64,000 bases of DNA from an uncultured Chloroflexia bacterium (lineage in GTDB: Bacteria > Chloroflexota > Anaerolineae > Promineifilales > Promineifilaceae): NCBI GenBank assembly GCA_963807975.1, contig CAWEDV010000001.1:2326508-2390507 (forward strand), written 5' to 3'. The notes under the pieces are model-generated. The model had not been told where the DNA came from. It worked only from the letters and a program-made list of their open reading frames with translations, and did not search any database. Position 1 is the stretch's first letter. Each line of letters starts with the position of its first letter. The position numbers and the translations under genes are program-made. Shown piece after piece: positions 9,268 through 18,190 of this stretch.

Positions 9268-9407
9268 GCAGTTAAAAGTGAAAAGTGAACCGTAAACGAT
9301 TAACCCAACATGGCGTCTGTAACTTGTAACCTGTAACTTGTAATCTGTCACCTGCTCACTCGCCACTCCATAACGAAAACGCCGCGGACTAATGTCCACG
9401 GCGTTAA

Positions 9408-9490
9408 TGCCCAGGAGAGGACTCGAACCTCCACGCCCGTTAGAGCACAGGCCCTCAACCTGCTGCGTATGCCAATTCCGCCACCTGGGC
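9408..9490 (-). tRNA. tRNA-Leu (anticodon GAG), type II with long variable arm
   Basis: Reverse complement reads GCCCAGGTGGCGGAATTGGCATACGC A GCAGG TTGAGGG CCTGT GCTCTAACGGGCGTGG AGGTTCGAGTCCTCT CCTGGGC A. 7-bp acceptor stem; anticodon loop TT GAG GG. Confidence 0.8.
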
Positions 9491-9717
9491 TGGCTGATGC
9501 GTAATTATAGCCACTGGGAAGTAACAGTCAACATTCAACGAAAAACAGAAAACGGAATACTCTGACTACTCACTGTTCGCTAATAACGGCATACCTTTCC
9601 TGATTACCGCTCATTGATCACTGATTAGCACCTACTTTCTACTGCATTATTTTGCCTAAGCGCCACAGACTGGTTATTCTTGGTCAGCTTGAGAAAAAAA
9701 GAGGAAAAGGAGTTCTT

Positions 9718-11133
9718 ATGTGTAGTGCGCCAACAACATCAATTAACCTGCGCGATCAGATCGTGGGTATCGACCAGGAAGTGCCCCTGCTGGACGGCCG
9801 AATGGTCCCTTACGTCAGCCTCGATAATGGGGCCAGTACGCCCTCATTCAGCGCTGTGGCTGAGGCCGTGAATAAGTTTCTACCCTATTATTCCAGCGTC
9901 CATCGCGGCACAGGCTTCAAATCGCGGCTGAGCACCGTTGCTTATGACCAGGCGCACGAGATCATCCTCCGTTTTGTCGGCGCCAATCCAGAAACAAATA
10001 CTTGCATCTTTGGTAAAAACAGCACCGAAGCTTTAAACAAGCTCGCATATCGCTTCCCGCTGCAGCCCAATTCAGTCATTCTCTCCACGCAGTTGGAACA
10101 TCATTCCAACGATTTACCCTGGCGCATCCGGGCCAAAGTGGTCCATATCAAGGCTACCGTGGACGGCCGTTTTGATGAAGATGACTTCGATCTCCAGTTG
10201 GCCAGGTACGGGGAGCGCGTGGCCCTGGTCGCCGTCACTGGCGCTTCCAATGTCAGCGGCACCATCCAGCCCATTCACCGCCTGGCCCGTAAAGCCCATT
10301 CTGTTGGCGCCATGATCGCCGTCGATGCCGCCCAATTGGCCCCGCACCGCCAGGTCGATATGAAAGCAGATGACGATCCGCAGCATCTTGACTTTGTCGT
10401 GCTTTCCGCGCATAAAATGTACGCTCCATTCGGCACCGGGGCCTTAATCGGTCCCAAGGAAGTCTTCATGCAAAACCCGCCCGAATATCGTGGCGGCGGC
10501 ACGGTGGACATTGTCACCTTGGATGAAGTGCACTGGGCAGGCATGCCCGATCGGGACGAGGCCGGCAGCCCCAATGTGATTGGCGCCGTTGCCATGGCTG
10601 CCGCCATCCAGGTCTTGATGGAAGTAGGGATGGACCAGGTAGCCGCCCATGAAGAAGAATTGATCGCTTATACCCTGGAACGCTTAGGAAGCATCCCCGG
10701 TGTAACGATTTATGGTGAAACTGATCCGGTCAAAGCGCATGAAAAGGTTGGCGCCATTCCCTTTAACCTGGACGGCGTCTCCCATTTCTTGCTTTCCGCC
10801 ATACTTGGTTACGAAGGCGGTATTGGCGTGCGCAGTGGCTGTTTCTGCGCCCATCCCTATGTCGTGCATTTGCTGCAGATGGATGAAGCCGAGGCCGGGG
10901 ACTGGCGCGGCCAAATGCTTGACGGAGACAAGTCCAATATGCCTGGCATGGTGCGCATGAGCTTTGGCTGTTACAACAATAAAGAAGACGTGGATCGCCT
11001 GGTAGAAATGGTACAGTGCGTTGCGCGCGGCGATTATCAGGGCCACTATGTCCTTGACCGCGCCACGGGTGAATACACACCCGCCGATTACGTCGATCCG
11101 CTGGCCGAACATTTCTTGCTTGAGCCACACTGA
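9718..11133 (+). CDS. Class V aminotransferase / cysteine desulfurase family PLP enzyme
   Basis: PYYSSVHRGTGFKS..., SAHKMYAPFGTGAL (PLP-lysine region). RBS AGGAAAAGGAG before the ATG at 9718; the track ORF has an upstream in-frame extension. Confidence 0.75.
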   Translation: MCSAPTTSINLRDQIVGIDQEVPLLDGRMVPYVSLDNGASTPSFSAVAEAVNKFLPYYSSVHRGTGFKSRLSTVAYDQAHEIILRFVGANPETNTCIFGKNSTEALNKLAYRFPLQPNSVILSTQLEHHSNDLPWRIRAKVVHIKATVDGRFDEDDFDLQLARYGERVALVAVTGASNVSGTIQPIHRLARKAHSVGAMIAVDAAQLAPHRQVDMKADDDPQHLDFVVLSAHKMYAPFGTGALIGPKEVFMQNPPEYRGGGTVDIVTLDEVHWAGMPDRDEAGSPNVIGAVAMAAAIQVLMEVGMDQVAAHEEELIAYTLERLGSIPGVTIYGETDPVKAHEKVGAIPFNLDGVSHFLLSAILGYEGGIGVRSGCFCAHPYVVHLLQMDEAEAGDWRGQMLDGDKSNMPGMVRMSFGCYNNKEDVDRLVEMVQCVARGDYQGHYVLDRATGEYTPADYVDPLAEHFLLEPH

Positions 11134-11157
11134 GCTTCTGGCCATTGCCCCGGAGAA

Positions 11158-11253
11158 TTGTCATTCCTGCGCAGGCAGGAATCCATATTCGTACTCAGGA
11201 GAATGGATGCCCGCCGCAGTTTGCCCTCGCGGAGGCGGGAGCGAGCATGGCAC
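11158..11253. repeat. REP-like dispersed repeat, copy 3 (GTCATTCCTGCGCAGGCAGGAATCCAT... plus a second GC-rich hairpin)
   Basis: Best-preserved copy; perfect 8-bp stem ATTCCTGC/GCAGGAAT with GCAG loop. Confidence 0.7.
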
Positions 11254-11430
11254 ATAGAAATAGTGTTGGAAATGCCCTGATAGACGCCTGAGCTTTCTTG
11301 ACATTTTTACCAACGAACGGACAATAATCACCGCTTTCGCGAACAGATCGCGCCCAAGAAAACCAATATAGTGAACCCTTAGGATTCGCGCATGAGTTCT
11401 AGGGGTTTGTTATTACCTGAAGGAATATTG

Positions 11431-12657
11431 ATGAGAATCTGGACCATGGCCATATTGATCATTGGCCTGCTTTTGTTGGCGGCCTGCGACCAGGGCAGTT
11501 CCACTCCCCTTCCGCCGCCGCCCACCGCTGCGCCCAATACGGGCCTTGATGCTGCGCCGCCTACCGCCACCATGGCCATCCTCACCCTGCCGACGGCTAC
11601 AGTCGTAGATGCAACCCTCGCCCCCCCGCCTACGGTAGCGCCCGTTCCCACCAGTACACCAGAAGGTGGCGGCGCGACCAAGGTGGAGGGCATCATCGGC
11701 GCCGCCGACTTTGGCACTGATCGCAATCCCTTGACCGGCGAACTGGTCGAGAATCCCGCTAATTTGCAACGACGGCCGATCGCCATTAAACTTTCCAACG
11801 CTCCGGCTAGCTACACCCGCCCTCAATCAGGGCTCAACGACGCTGACCTCGTCTTTGAACATACGACGGAAGGCAACCTGACCCGCTTCACGGCCATCTT
11901 CTATGACGAGACACCGCCCCGCGTGGGGCCCATTCGCAGCGCGCGCTTGATCGACCTCGAGCTGCCGGCCATGTACGATGCCGCCCTGGCTTACTCCGGT
12001 TCCAGTAAGGGCGTCGGTGAGCGCCTGCGCGACTCCGACTTCCGCCAGCGCATCCTCTACGCCTGGGAAAAGGGCTATTACCGCACTGGAGACGACAAAC
12101 CGATCGAGCATACCCTTTACGGCAATCCGGAACTGTTGTGGGAAGCCTTGTCCGACCTGGAGCAGAATGTGCCGCCCACCTTCACAGCCACCAATGTTTT
12201 CAGCGATGTCCCGCCAGCGGGCGGCAGCCCAGCCAGCTCTGTGTCCATCAATTACAACTGGACCGTCGTTGACTGGCATTACGATGGGCTCAAAGAGAAA
12301 TATTTACGCTGGACCGATGGCGTGATCCACGCCGACGGCAATACTTATGAACAGGTAGAAGCGGCCAATGTCATCGTCATCTCCCCCTTCCACGCCTTCG
12401 ACGGCAAGATTTGCGAGCAGGTCAATCAAGACGGCTCCTGCGCCGCCTGGTCAGTTGAGGTCCAGCTTTGGGGATCGGGCAGCGCTTCTGTCTTCCGAGA
12501 TGGGCTGCAGTACAATGTCACCTGGCACCGCGACCAGCGCACTGACTCGCTAACCTTTACCGACAGCAGCGGCCAGCCCTTCCCGCTGAAAATCGGCAAC
12601 AGTTGGTTGCAGGTCGTGCCCACGTGGTTGGACAATCCGGTCACTGTTACACCCTAA
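11431..12657 (+). CDS. DUF3048 (YerB-like) lipoprotein
   Basis: Signal peptide with lipobox LLAAC. Pro/Thr/Ala-rich linker, then RRPIAIKLSNAPASYTRPQSGLNDADLVFEH... Confidence 0.65.
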   Translation: MRIWTMAILIIGLLLLAACDQGSSTPLPPPPTAAPNTGLDAAPPTATMAILTLPTATVVDATLAPPPTVAPVPTSTPEGGGATKVEGIIGAADFGTDRNPLTGELVENPANLQRRPIAIKLSNAPASYTRPQSGLNDADLVFEHTTEGNLTRFTAIFYDETPPRVGPIRSARLIDLELPAMYDAALAYSGSSKGVGERLRDSDFRQRILYAWEKGYYRTGDDKPIEHTLYGNPELLWEALSDLEQNVPPTFTATNVFSDVPPAGGSPASSVSINYNWTVVDWHYDGLKEKYLRWTDGVIHADGNTYEQVEAANVIVISPFHAFDGKICEQVNQDGSCAAWSVEVQLWGSGSASVFRDGLQYNVTWHRDQRTDSLTFTDSSGQPFPLKIGNSWLQVVPTWLDNPVTVTP

Positions 12658-12771
12658 ACGAACTATCACCAGAAAACGAAATACAGTCAACTAAAAACGT
12701 TTGGTACACTATTTCCGTTCCCGTCAGCGTCCCTTTTCTTGGCCCTCGGACGCGTGCCCAGGGATTCAACT

Positions 12772-13674
12772 TTATTTGAGCTTTACTCCGCAGGAGCGAC
12801 AGAATTGGTCGCCGGAGGCGGATTGGGTGCCGCAGTTGTAACAGAACTTAGGCTGGGCCGAAGCGCGCTCCTTTGGTGTGGGTTTGCGCGGTTTACTGGA
12901 TTTGCGCCGTTTGCCATTGCTTCGCGTGGCCAACAGCCAGGTAACGGCAATCACCAGCAAAAGAATGACCACGCCGGCACCAATCAGCGGCCAGTTATCC
13001 GTCGTCAATGCCGTGCTGCTCTCTGATTGAGGAACTGCAGGACTTGGCCTAGCGCTAGACGGCGCTGGCTCCCCAACAGTGAGCGCTGGATTGGACATGT
13101 CATAGCTGAAACTCATCTCAAAAGGGGTGCCGGCGGGCAGTGCCTGTGCCGGTAGAGCATGATAAGTCAGCCCATCATTGGGTCCGGTGCCCACCGTAGC
13201 CGCCGGTGGTTGGGTGGTCAATCTACCAGCATTAAGCGGCTGTTGGATTTCAGCGATCATTTCCTCAACATCCAGTCCCGCATTCCAGGCATAATTGAAA
13301 CTGTGTTGATCGCCCGCGGTCTCATAAGGAGCATAGAATTCAACCCGGAAACGGGGATCAGGCGTAATGAGGGTCAAGCTGTCCCCAGTTATTTCATAGT
13401 CAGTATCGGCCATCTGCCCATCTGCGCCAATGCGCGCAACGGCATTGACCCGTGCTTCAGCTGGCAAGGGAATCGTCACCTCTGCCGGAAAAGATACATC
13501 CGCGGGCAGCGTGCCCGTCATGAGAACCAGCACGGAGGGTTCATCATAATCTGGCCAGAACGCAACATAGAGCGAGTCGATGGAGTCGGCTGGTTCCTGG
13601 GCTAATATCAATGATGCGGAAAACAACAGAATAATGAGGGGGATCAGGGGTCGAATAATTAATTTCATAGTCAC
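12772..13674 (-). CDS. Membrane-anchored hypothetical protein: signal peptide, extracytoplasmic domain, one TM helix, K/R-rich segment and C-terminal zinc ribbon
   Basis: C-terminus FCYNCGTQSASGDQFCRSCGVKLK (CxxC-x10-CxxC); hydrophobic WPLIGAGVVILLLVIAVTWLL. Confidence 0.55.
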   Translation of the reverse strand: MTMKLIIRPLIPLIILLFSASLILAQEPADSIDSLYVAFWPDYDEPSVLVLMTGTLPADVSFPAEVTIPLPAEARVNAVARIGADGQMADTDYEITGDSLTLITPDPRFRVEFYAPYETAGDQHSFNYAWNAGLDVEEMIAEIQQPLNAGRLTTQPPAATVGTGPNDGLTYHALPAQALPAGTPFEMSFSYDMSNPALTVGEPAPSSARPSPAVPQSESSTALTTDNWPLIGAGVVILLLVIAVTWLLATRSNGKRRKSSKPRKPTPKERASAQPKFCYNCGTQSASGDQFCRSCGVKLK

Positions 13675-13677
13675 TTA

Positions 13678-13977
13678 TTAAGCATGCCCACGGAGTCGTA
13701 TTCGATTGGCGCGGCAGGTGGGGCATTCGATATCTTGATAATCGCGACCGCAGGTGCGGCAGGTGCGCACTTCCAACGGCCGTTCATCCTCCAGAGAACC
13801 AAGAACCACAACCAGGTCTTCCCCGCTGTGCGTCGTCAACCAGGCCGATAGATCCTGCAAGCCAATGCGCCAACGGCCGTCCTCATCCTGCTCCAGAACG
13901 CCGGTCATCACATCCAGATCCGCTTCCTGGGCAGCCGCAGCCAGTTTGTAGGTCGCCGCTCGTCTTGTATGGGCCAT
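13678..13977 (-). CDS. Small zinc-ribbon protein (hypothetical), translationally coupled to the downstream membrane protein
   Basis: CRTCGRDYQDIECPTCRANR; its stop lies 4 bp from the start of the next gene. Confidence 0.5.
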   Translation of the reverse strand: MAHTRRAATYKLAAAAQEADLDVMTGVLEQDEDGRWRIGLQDLSAWLTTHSGEDLVVVLGSLEDERPLEVRTCRTCGRDYQDIECPTCRANRIRLRGHA

Positions 13978-14057
13978 GATCTATCCTTTATTCTTCCGCT
14001 CTCAAAAGAATGGGCAGTAGTATAATGCCATACGCGATGGCGGCAAAGCGGATTAAG

Positions 14058-15248
14058 CTATCCCTCTCGAACCCAGCGTGCTAGGACAAAAACGGCTGCG
14101 CCCATGATCAAAGCCCATACCGTAGCGCTGCTCCCGAAGCCGGCGGCCTCCCAGACCAAAAGACCCAAAAACGCCCCCAAGGTGCGGCCCAAGGACATAG
14201 CGAAGATGATCATCGACATCACCACGGCCCGGCCATTGGGCACCAATTCGGTCATCAGAGGCATACCGCCAACCACCGTTACTTCAAAGCTCATGAAGAT
14301 CAAGAAGAGCGTCATCAGGGCCGTGGCCAATGTCCCGCTGGTATAGGGCAGGATCAGGTAGAAAAAAGCGTTGAGCAGGCCAGCGGTGATGATAACCGGT
14401 CTTTTGCCAAAGCGATCCACCGACCAGCCGGCAAAAGTCTCCCCGATCAGTTCTGCGACTCCGATTACCGCTGCCGCGATACCTAAGCTGGCCAAATCCA
14501 ATTGAAAACTGTCCACCATCCAACTGCCAAAAACGATAAACAGCATCTCATTGGCGGTCATAACCAGCGTGATATAGAGCATCGCCACCATGATAACTGG
14601 ATGCTGGCGCACGAAGCCGATGGAGGCACGGAAGCTGGTTACCGCGCGTTGGTGGGATCGATTGCCAGGAATAGCCCAGAGCAGCAGCACGACTGAAATG
14701 CCGCTGAACAGCGCCAGCCAGAAAAAGGGAGACTGCCAACCCCAGCGATCAATGGCAAAAGCCACGACGGGCGCGCCAACGAGCAGGGCCAGGGCCCAGG
14801 CATATTCAGTGATCGCCAGTGCTTTGCCCCGTTGAGCATAAGGCACTGTATCTCCCACGTGGGCCTGCATGGCCGGGTCATAGACCACCTTGGCGATGCC
14901 GATGGCGGCCATGGTGATGGCCAGAATGCCATACAAGGGCCAGATGAACACCAGTAGACAGCCTAAACCAAAGAGCAGAATGGCCGCGGCTAGAACCGGT
15001 CTGCGGCCGTATCGTTCCGAAAGCGGGCCAAACAAGGGGCTGAGGAATCCTGTGGCGTTGCGCAGCGTGATCAGTCGGGTGATGTCACTCCGTGCCACGC
15101 CCAAACCAGCCGCGAAAACCGGGACAAAGGGGTACATCATGCGCAGGCCCGTATTAAGAAAAAGGCGCGCCAGGGTTAGAACGGCCAGCTGCAGCAGCAT
15201 TGGCCGCGTTTTGGTTGGTTCCATAAGGCGGACTGTATCAGAGAGCAC
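14058..15248 (-). CDS. MFS transporter
   Basis: 12-TM hydrophobic profile, GxLaDrxGrR-like motif RYGRRPV. Confidence 0.75.
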   Translation of the reverse strand: MLSDTVRLMEPTKTRPMLLQLAVLTLARLFLNTGLRMMYPFVPVFAAGLGVARSDITRLITLRNATGFLSPLFGPLSERYGRRPVLAAAILLFGLGCLLVFIWPLYGILAITMAAIGIAKVVYDPAMQAHVGDTVPYAQRGKALAITEYAWALALLVGAPVVAFAIDRWGWQSPFFWLALFSGISVVLLLWAIPGNRSHQRAVTSFRASIGFVRQHPVIMVAMLYITLVMTANEMLFIVFGSWMVDSFQLDLASLGIAAAVIGVAELIGETFAGWSVDRFGKRPVIITAGLLNAFFYLILPYTSGTLATALMTLFLIFMSFEVTVVGGMPLMTELVPNGRAVVMSMIIFAMSLGRTLGAFLGLLVWEAAGFGSSATVWALIMGAAVFVLARWVREG

Positions 15249-15269
15249 GCCCCTGGGCGAGGCTGTCGG

Positions 15270-16331
15270 CTAGCGGATCTGAATCTGGACTAACAAAGGA
15301 TGAATCAACAGCCAAATAGCCGATCGATATGCTGAATTATTGGGTACCGCTACAAACGAGGCGCTTGTCGTCAGATTCCCGGTTACACCAACAGTTGCCG
15401 TCGGGGTAAGTATGGGCGTATCCACCGGGGCTGCGACTGTACTTGTTGGCGTCGGGGTCTCGACCGGCGCCGCAATCGTATTGGTCGCCGTCGGAGTATG
15501 GGTCGGCGCTGTCGTCGTATTCGTCGGCGTCGGCGTATTGACCGGTGCTGCGCTCGTATTGGTCGCCGTCGGCGTATTACCTGGCGCGGCCGTCGTATTC
15601 GTCGCTGTGGGTGTATTGACGGGCGCGACCAGCGTACTCGTTGCTGTCGGTGTATTTGTAACTACAGTCGTGGGTGTAGATGTAGGCGTGGGCGATGCTG
15701 CACAGTAGGGAGTGTCACTCAAGGGAATATCCACAAAATCCGCCTCGACCACCGGCTCCGTCACCGAAGCAGCAACCCAACCAGCTTGACCGTTCGGCAG
15801 CATGATCTCAAACCATAAGCCATCCCGCTTTATCGATTTCACTGGTACCACCGTTTCTCCCAACAGAGCACCGATCGGTTGGCAGTTTGAACCGGGCCCC
15901 TCGCGCACATTAATAGACTCGTAAATGACTCTCAGCTGCGGAACGCCGTTCGCTTCGACAAGGTCGTCGACTTGCTCAATCACCTCAATACCCGAATCGG
16001 GATCAACCACATCAGGGACTTCAGGATCTTCTGCCGGCGGCGCCTCTTCTACGATTGGTTCAACCGTGTCCTCTGCCTCAGGTTCAGGCGTTGGGCTGGC
16101 TGCCGCATCACGCGTTGACAGTTCAGCTTCAACAGTTTGCTGAATAGCCTCATCGACAGAAACCTCCTCAGCCGCTTCCTCTGGCGCAGCCTCCGCGGTT
16201 AAATTCTCAACAACCTGCTGGCTTCCAGCAGATTCCCCAGAATCGTCACTGGAGGGACTGCAGCTGGCCGCGATTAACATCACGATTAAAGGCAGAACGA
16301 TAATTTTGGCTATTTTTCGACTTCTTCTCAC
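15270..16331 (-). CDS. Lipoprotein with SH3b-like domain and C-terminal Thr/Pro-rich tandem repeats
   Basis: GTG start with RBS GGAG. Lipobox MLIAASC; SH3b-like VREGPGSNCQPIGALLGETVVPVKSIKRDGLWFEIMLPNGQAGWV. Eight or more ~11-aa repeats (NTPTATNTxAAP) from 33-bp DNA repeats at about 15380-15700. Confidence 0.6.
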   Translation of the reverse strand: MRRSRKIAKIIVLPLIVMLIAASCSPSSDDSGESAGSQQVVENLTAEAAPEEAAEEVSVDEAIQQTVEAELSTRDAAASPTPEPEAEDTVEPIVEEAPPAEDPEVPDVVDPDSGIEVIEQVDDLVEANGVPQLRVIYESINVREGPGSNCQPIGALLGETVVPVKSIKRDGLWFEIMLPNGQAGWVAASVTEPVVEADFVDIPLSDTPYCAASPTPTSTPTTVVTNTPTATSTLVAPVNTPTATNTTAAPGNTPTATNTSAAPVNTPTPTNTTTAPTHTPTATNTIAAPVETPTPTSTVAAPVDTPILTPTATVGVTGNLTTSASFVAVPNNSAYRSAIWLLIHPLLVQIQIR

Positions 16332-16431
16332 TATAATCTCCAAATTATAAATCTTTGACCTCAACACTGCTGAAGCAATGTAAGAATCATAAAATAACTT
16401 TAATACAGAAGGCGCGTGCAAAGTATATCCT

Positions 16432-17265
16432 GTGTACCAAGATGTGCCACGTTGGTCCGCTTCTCCCATGTTCATTTCAGTGTTAGAATTCCAAATCATG
16501 TGTGATGATAAAGAGTCGACCGTCCCAGCCCGGCTGGCTGGCCAGCGAGTGGCCATGGCTATTCTACTGCCCCTTGCAGTGGCACTACTTGCCAGCCTGT
16601 TCGTTGCCCGCCTGACCGGCCCCAATACGCTGTCAAATCAAGCCCGAACGGCGGTGATCATGAGCGGCATCACCATCGTCTCCTGGCTGCTGGGGCTGCG
16701 CTGGTATGGAACACGAGGCTTGGGGCTGCGCGGAGGACGGCCCTTATACGCGGGCATCGGCTTCGCTTCCCTGACCTGGGTCGTCTATCTCGCTATCCGT
16801 ATCATATTCGTCGAGATTGCGCCTGTCGGCCCCGGGAATTCGGCGCGCACCTATTTTTATCTTCTGCTCTTCGAAGCTTTCGCGACCCAACTCTGGACCT
16901 TTGGTCTGCTCTTCCGCGCCGTGGCAGATTGGCGCGGGCCACTGGCTGCGGCCATCTCCAGTGGCCTCATTTTTGGTCTTGCAGCCACATTTCTTTTCCA
17001 GGAATCCTTCACCGGCAGCCAGTTCAGCATCATCTATTTCCTGACCTGGGGTGTCCTCTACGGCATCGTCCGCCTGCGCACGGGCAGTATTCTAGGCACA
17101 ATCTTGGTCCAGTCACTGCAAACTTTTTCAGCCTGGGTCGCGCTGCCGCCTTACCCCAAAATACAACCGGGGCAGCTGCAGAGTCTCTACCTCTTGGCGA
17201 CAATCGCCTACGTGATTATCGTCTGGCGCCTGTGGCCAAAAGAGGAAGCAGATTACCGCATCTAG
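16432..17265 (+). CDS. CPBP/CAAX-protease-like polytopic membrane protein (degenerate motifs)
   Basis: Multi-TM with FEAFATQLW...FR and GLIFGLAATFLF segments. Start uncertain; candidate ATGs at 16501 and 16558. Confidence 0.45.
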   Translation: MYQDVPRWSASPMFISVLEFQIMCDDKESTVPARLAGQRVAMAILLPLAVALLASLFVARLTGPNTLSNQARTAVIMSGITIVSWLLGLRWYGTRGLGLRGGRPLYAGIGFASLTWVVYLAIRIIFVEIAPVGPGNSARTYFYLLLFEAFATQLWTFGLLFRAVADWRGPLAAAISSGLIFGLAATFLFQESFTGSQFSIIYFLTWGVLYGIVRLRTGSILGTILVQSLQTFSAWVALPPYPKIQPGQLQSLYLLATIAYVIIVWRLWPKEEADYRI

Positions 17266-17299
17266 GCTGTTGTGATCCAATACTCACGCCGCTCTATTC

Positions 17300-17365
17300 G
17301 CAATTTCATTCCCGCGCAGGGCCAAGTTGTCATTCCGGCGCACGCGGGAATCCATGCTTTGGATT
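17300..17365. repeat. REP-like dispersed repeat, copy 4 (two cores: TCATTCCCGCGCAGGG and GTCATTCCGGCGCACGCGGGAATCCATGC)
   Basis: Same family. Translates as ...VIPAHAGIHA... in the track ORF 17327. Confidence 0.65.
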
Positions 17366-17407
17366 GGTTGGCTTATCAAGCTCTTTTACTCTTACGGAGG
17401 AAGCATC

Positions 17408-18184
17408 ATGACCTATGAATTTATTATCACACGCACAGAAGGTCGCGTGGGCATCGCCCAATTCAACCGGCCCAAGGCCTATAATGCGCTTAGCCCGGAA
17501 CTGCTGCAGGAGTTGATGCATGCCCTGGAGGCTTATGACGCCAACGATGAGATTGGCTGCATCGTCGTCACCGGTAGTGACAAAATATTCTCAGCCGGCG
17601 CCGATATCAAATATATGGCTGGCGTTGATTCCCCGGCCGATATGCTTAACAGTCCCTTGATTGTGCAGTGGGAGCGCCTGGCGAAAATTAGCAAACCGGT
17701 CATAGCCGCCGTCTCTGGTTTCGCCCTGGGTGGAGGCTGCGAACTGGCCATGGCCTGTGATATGATCGTCGCCAGTGAGTCGGCCATGTTTGGCCAGCCG
17801 GAAATAAACTTAGGCGTAATCCCCGGAGCCGGTGGTACACAGCGCATGACGCGCGCCGTGGGCAAAGCATTGGCCATGGAGATCATCCTCAACGACCGCC
17901 GGCTGAGCGCACAGGAAGCGCACAGGGCAGGCTTGGTCAACCGCATCGTGCCCCTCAAAAACTATTTGGAGGATGCGATCGCCTTTGCCGCCGAGATCGC
18001 CGCCCGTGCACCCGTGGCCCTACGGCTGGCCAAGGAAGCGATCAATGCCGTCTACGAAATGCCGCTGCAGGCGGGACTCGATCATGAAAGCCGCCTCTTC
18101 TATATGCTCTTCAGCACAGCCGATCAAAAAGAAGGAATGGACGCATTTGTCAATAAACGTAAAGCCAGTTGGCAGGGCAAGTAA
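17408..18184 (+). CDS. Enoyl-CoA hydratase/isomerase (crotonase) family protein
   Basis: MTYEFIITRTEGRVGIAQFNRPKAYNAL...GSDKIFSAGADIKYM. RBS GGAGGA. Confidence 0.85.
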   Translation: MTYEFIITRTEGRVGIAQFNRPKAYNALSPELLQELMHALEAYDANDEIGCIVVTGSDKIFSAGADIKYMAGVDSPADMLNSPLIVQWERLAKISKPVIAAVSGFALGGGCELAMACDMIVASESAMFGQPEINLGVIPGAGGTQRMTRAVGKALAMEIILNDRRLSAQEAHRAGLVNRIVPLKNYLEDAIAFAAEIAARAPVALRLAKEAINAVYEMPLQAGLDHESRLFYMLFSTADQKEGMDAFVNKRKASWQGK

Positions 18185-18190
18185 CGGCCC

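Noticed and set aside
9408-9490. tRNA-Leu and tRNA-Val (24630-24703) as genomic-island integration sites
   Set aside because: There is no integrase or recombinase, no direct repeat of the tRNA 3' end, and no compositional break on the 3' sides. The adjacent genes look like ordinary chromosomal genes.
9652-9717. Upstream extension (MPKRHRLVILGQ...) of the aminotransferase ORF
   Set aside because: It has no RBS. The internal ATG at 9718 is preceded by AGGAAAAGGAG and aligns with the start of family members.
10114-11164. Multiple minus-strand ORFs (10114-10413, 10275-10607, 10684-11145, 10763-11164)
   Set aside because: They are antisense to the class V aminotransferase gene and have no homology signals.
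15340-15708. Plus-strand ORF rich in VGV repeats
   Set aside because: It is the antisense reading of the Thr/Pro-rich repeat region of the SH3b lipoprotein gene.
17327-17407. N-terminal extension MSFRRTRESMLWIGW... of the enoyl-CoA hydratase ORF
   Set aside because: The extension is the translation of the REP-like repeat copy. The true start is the ATG at 17408, which has a GGAGGA RBS.
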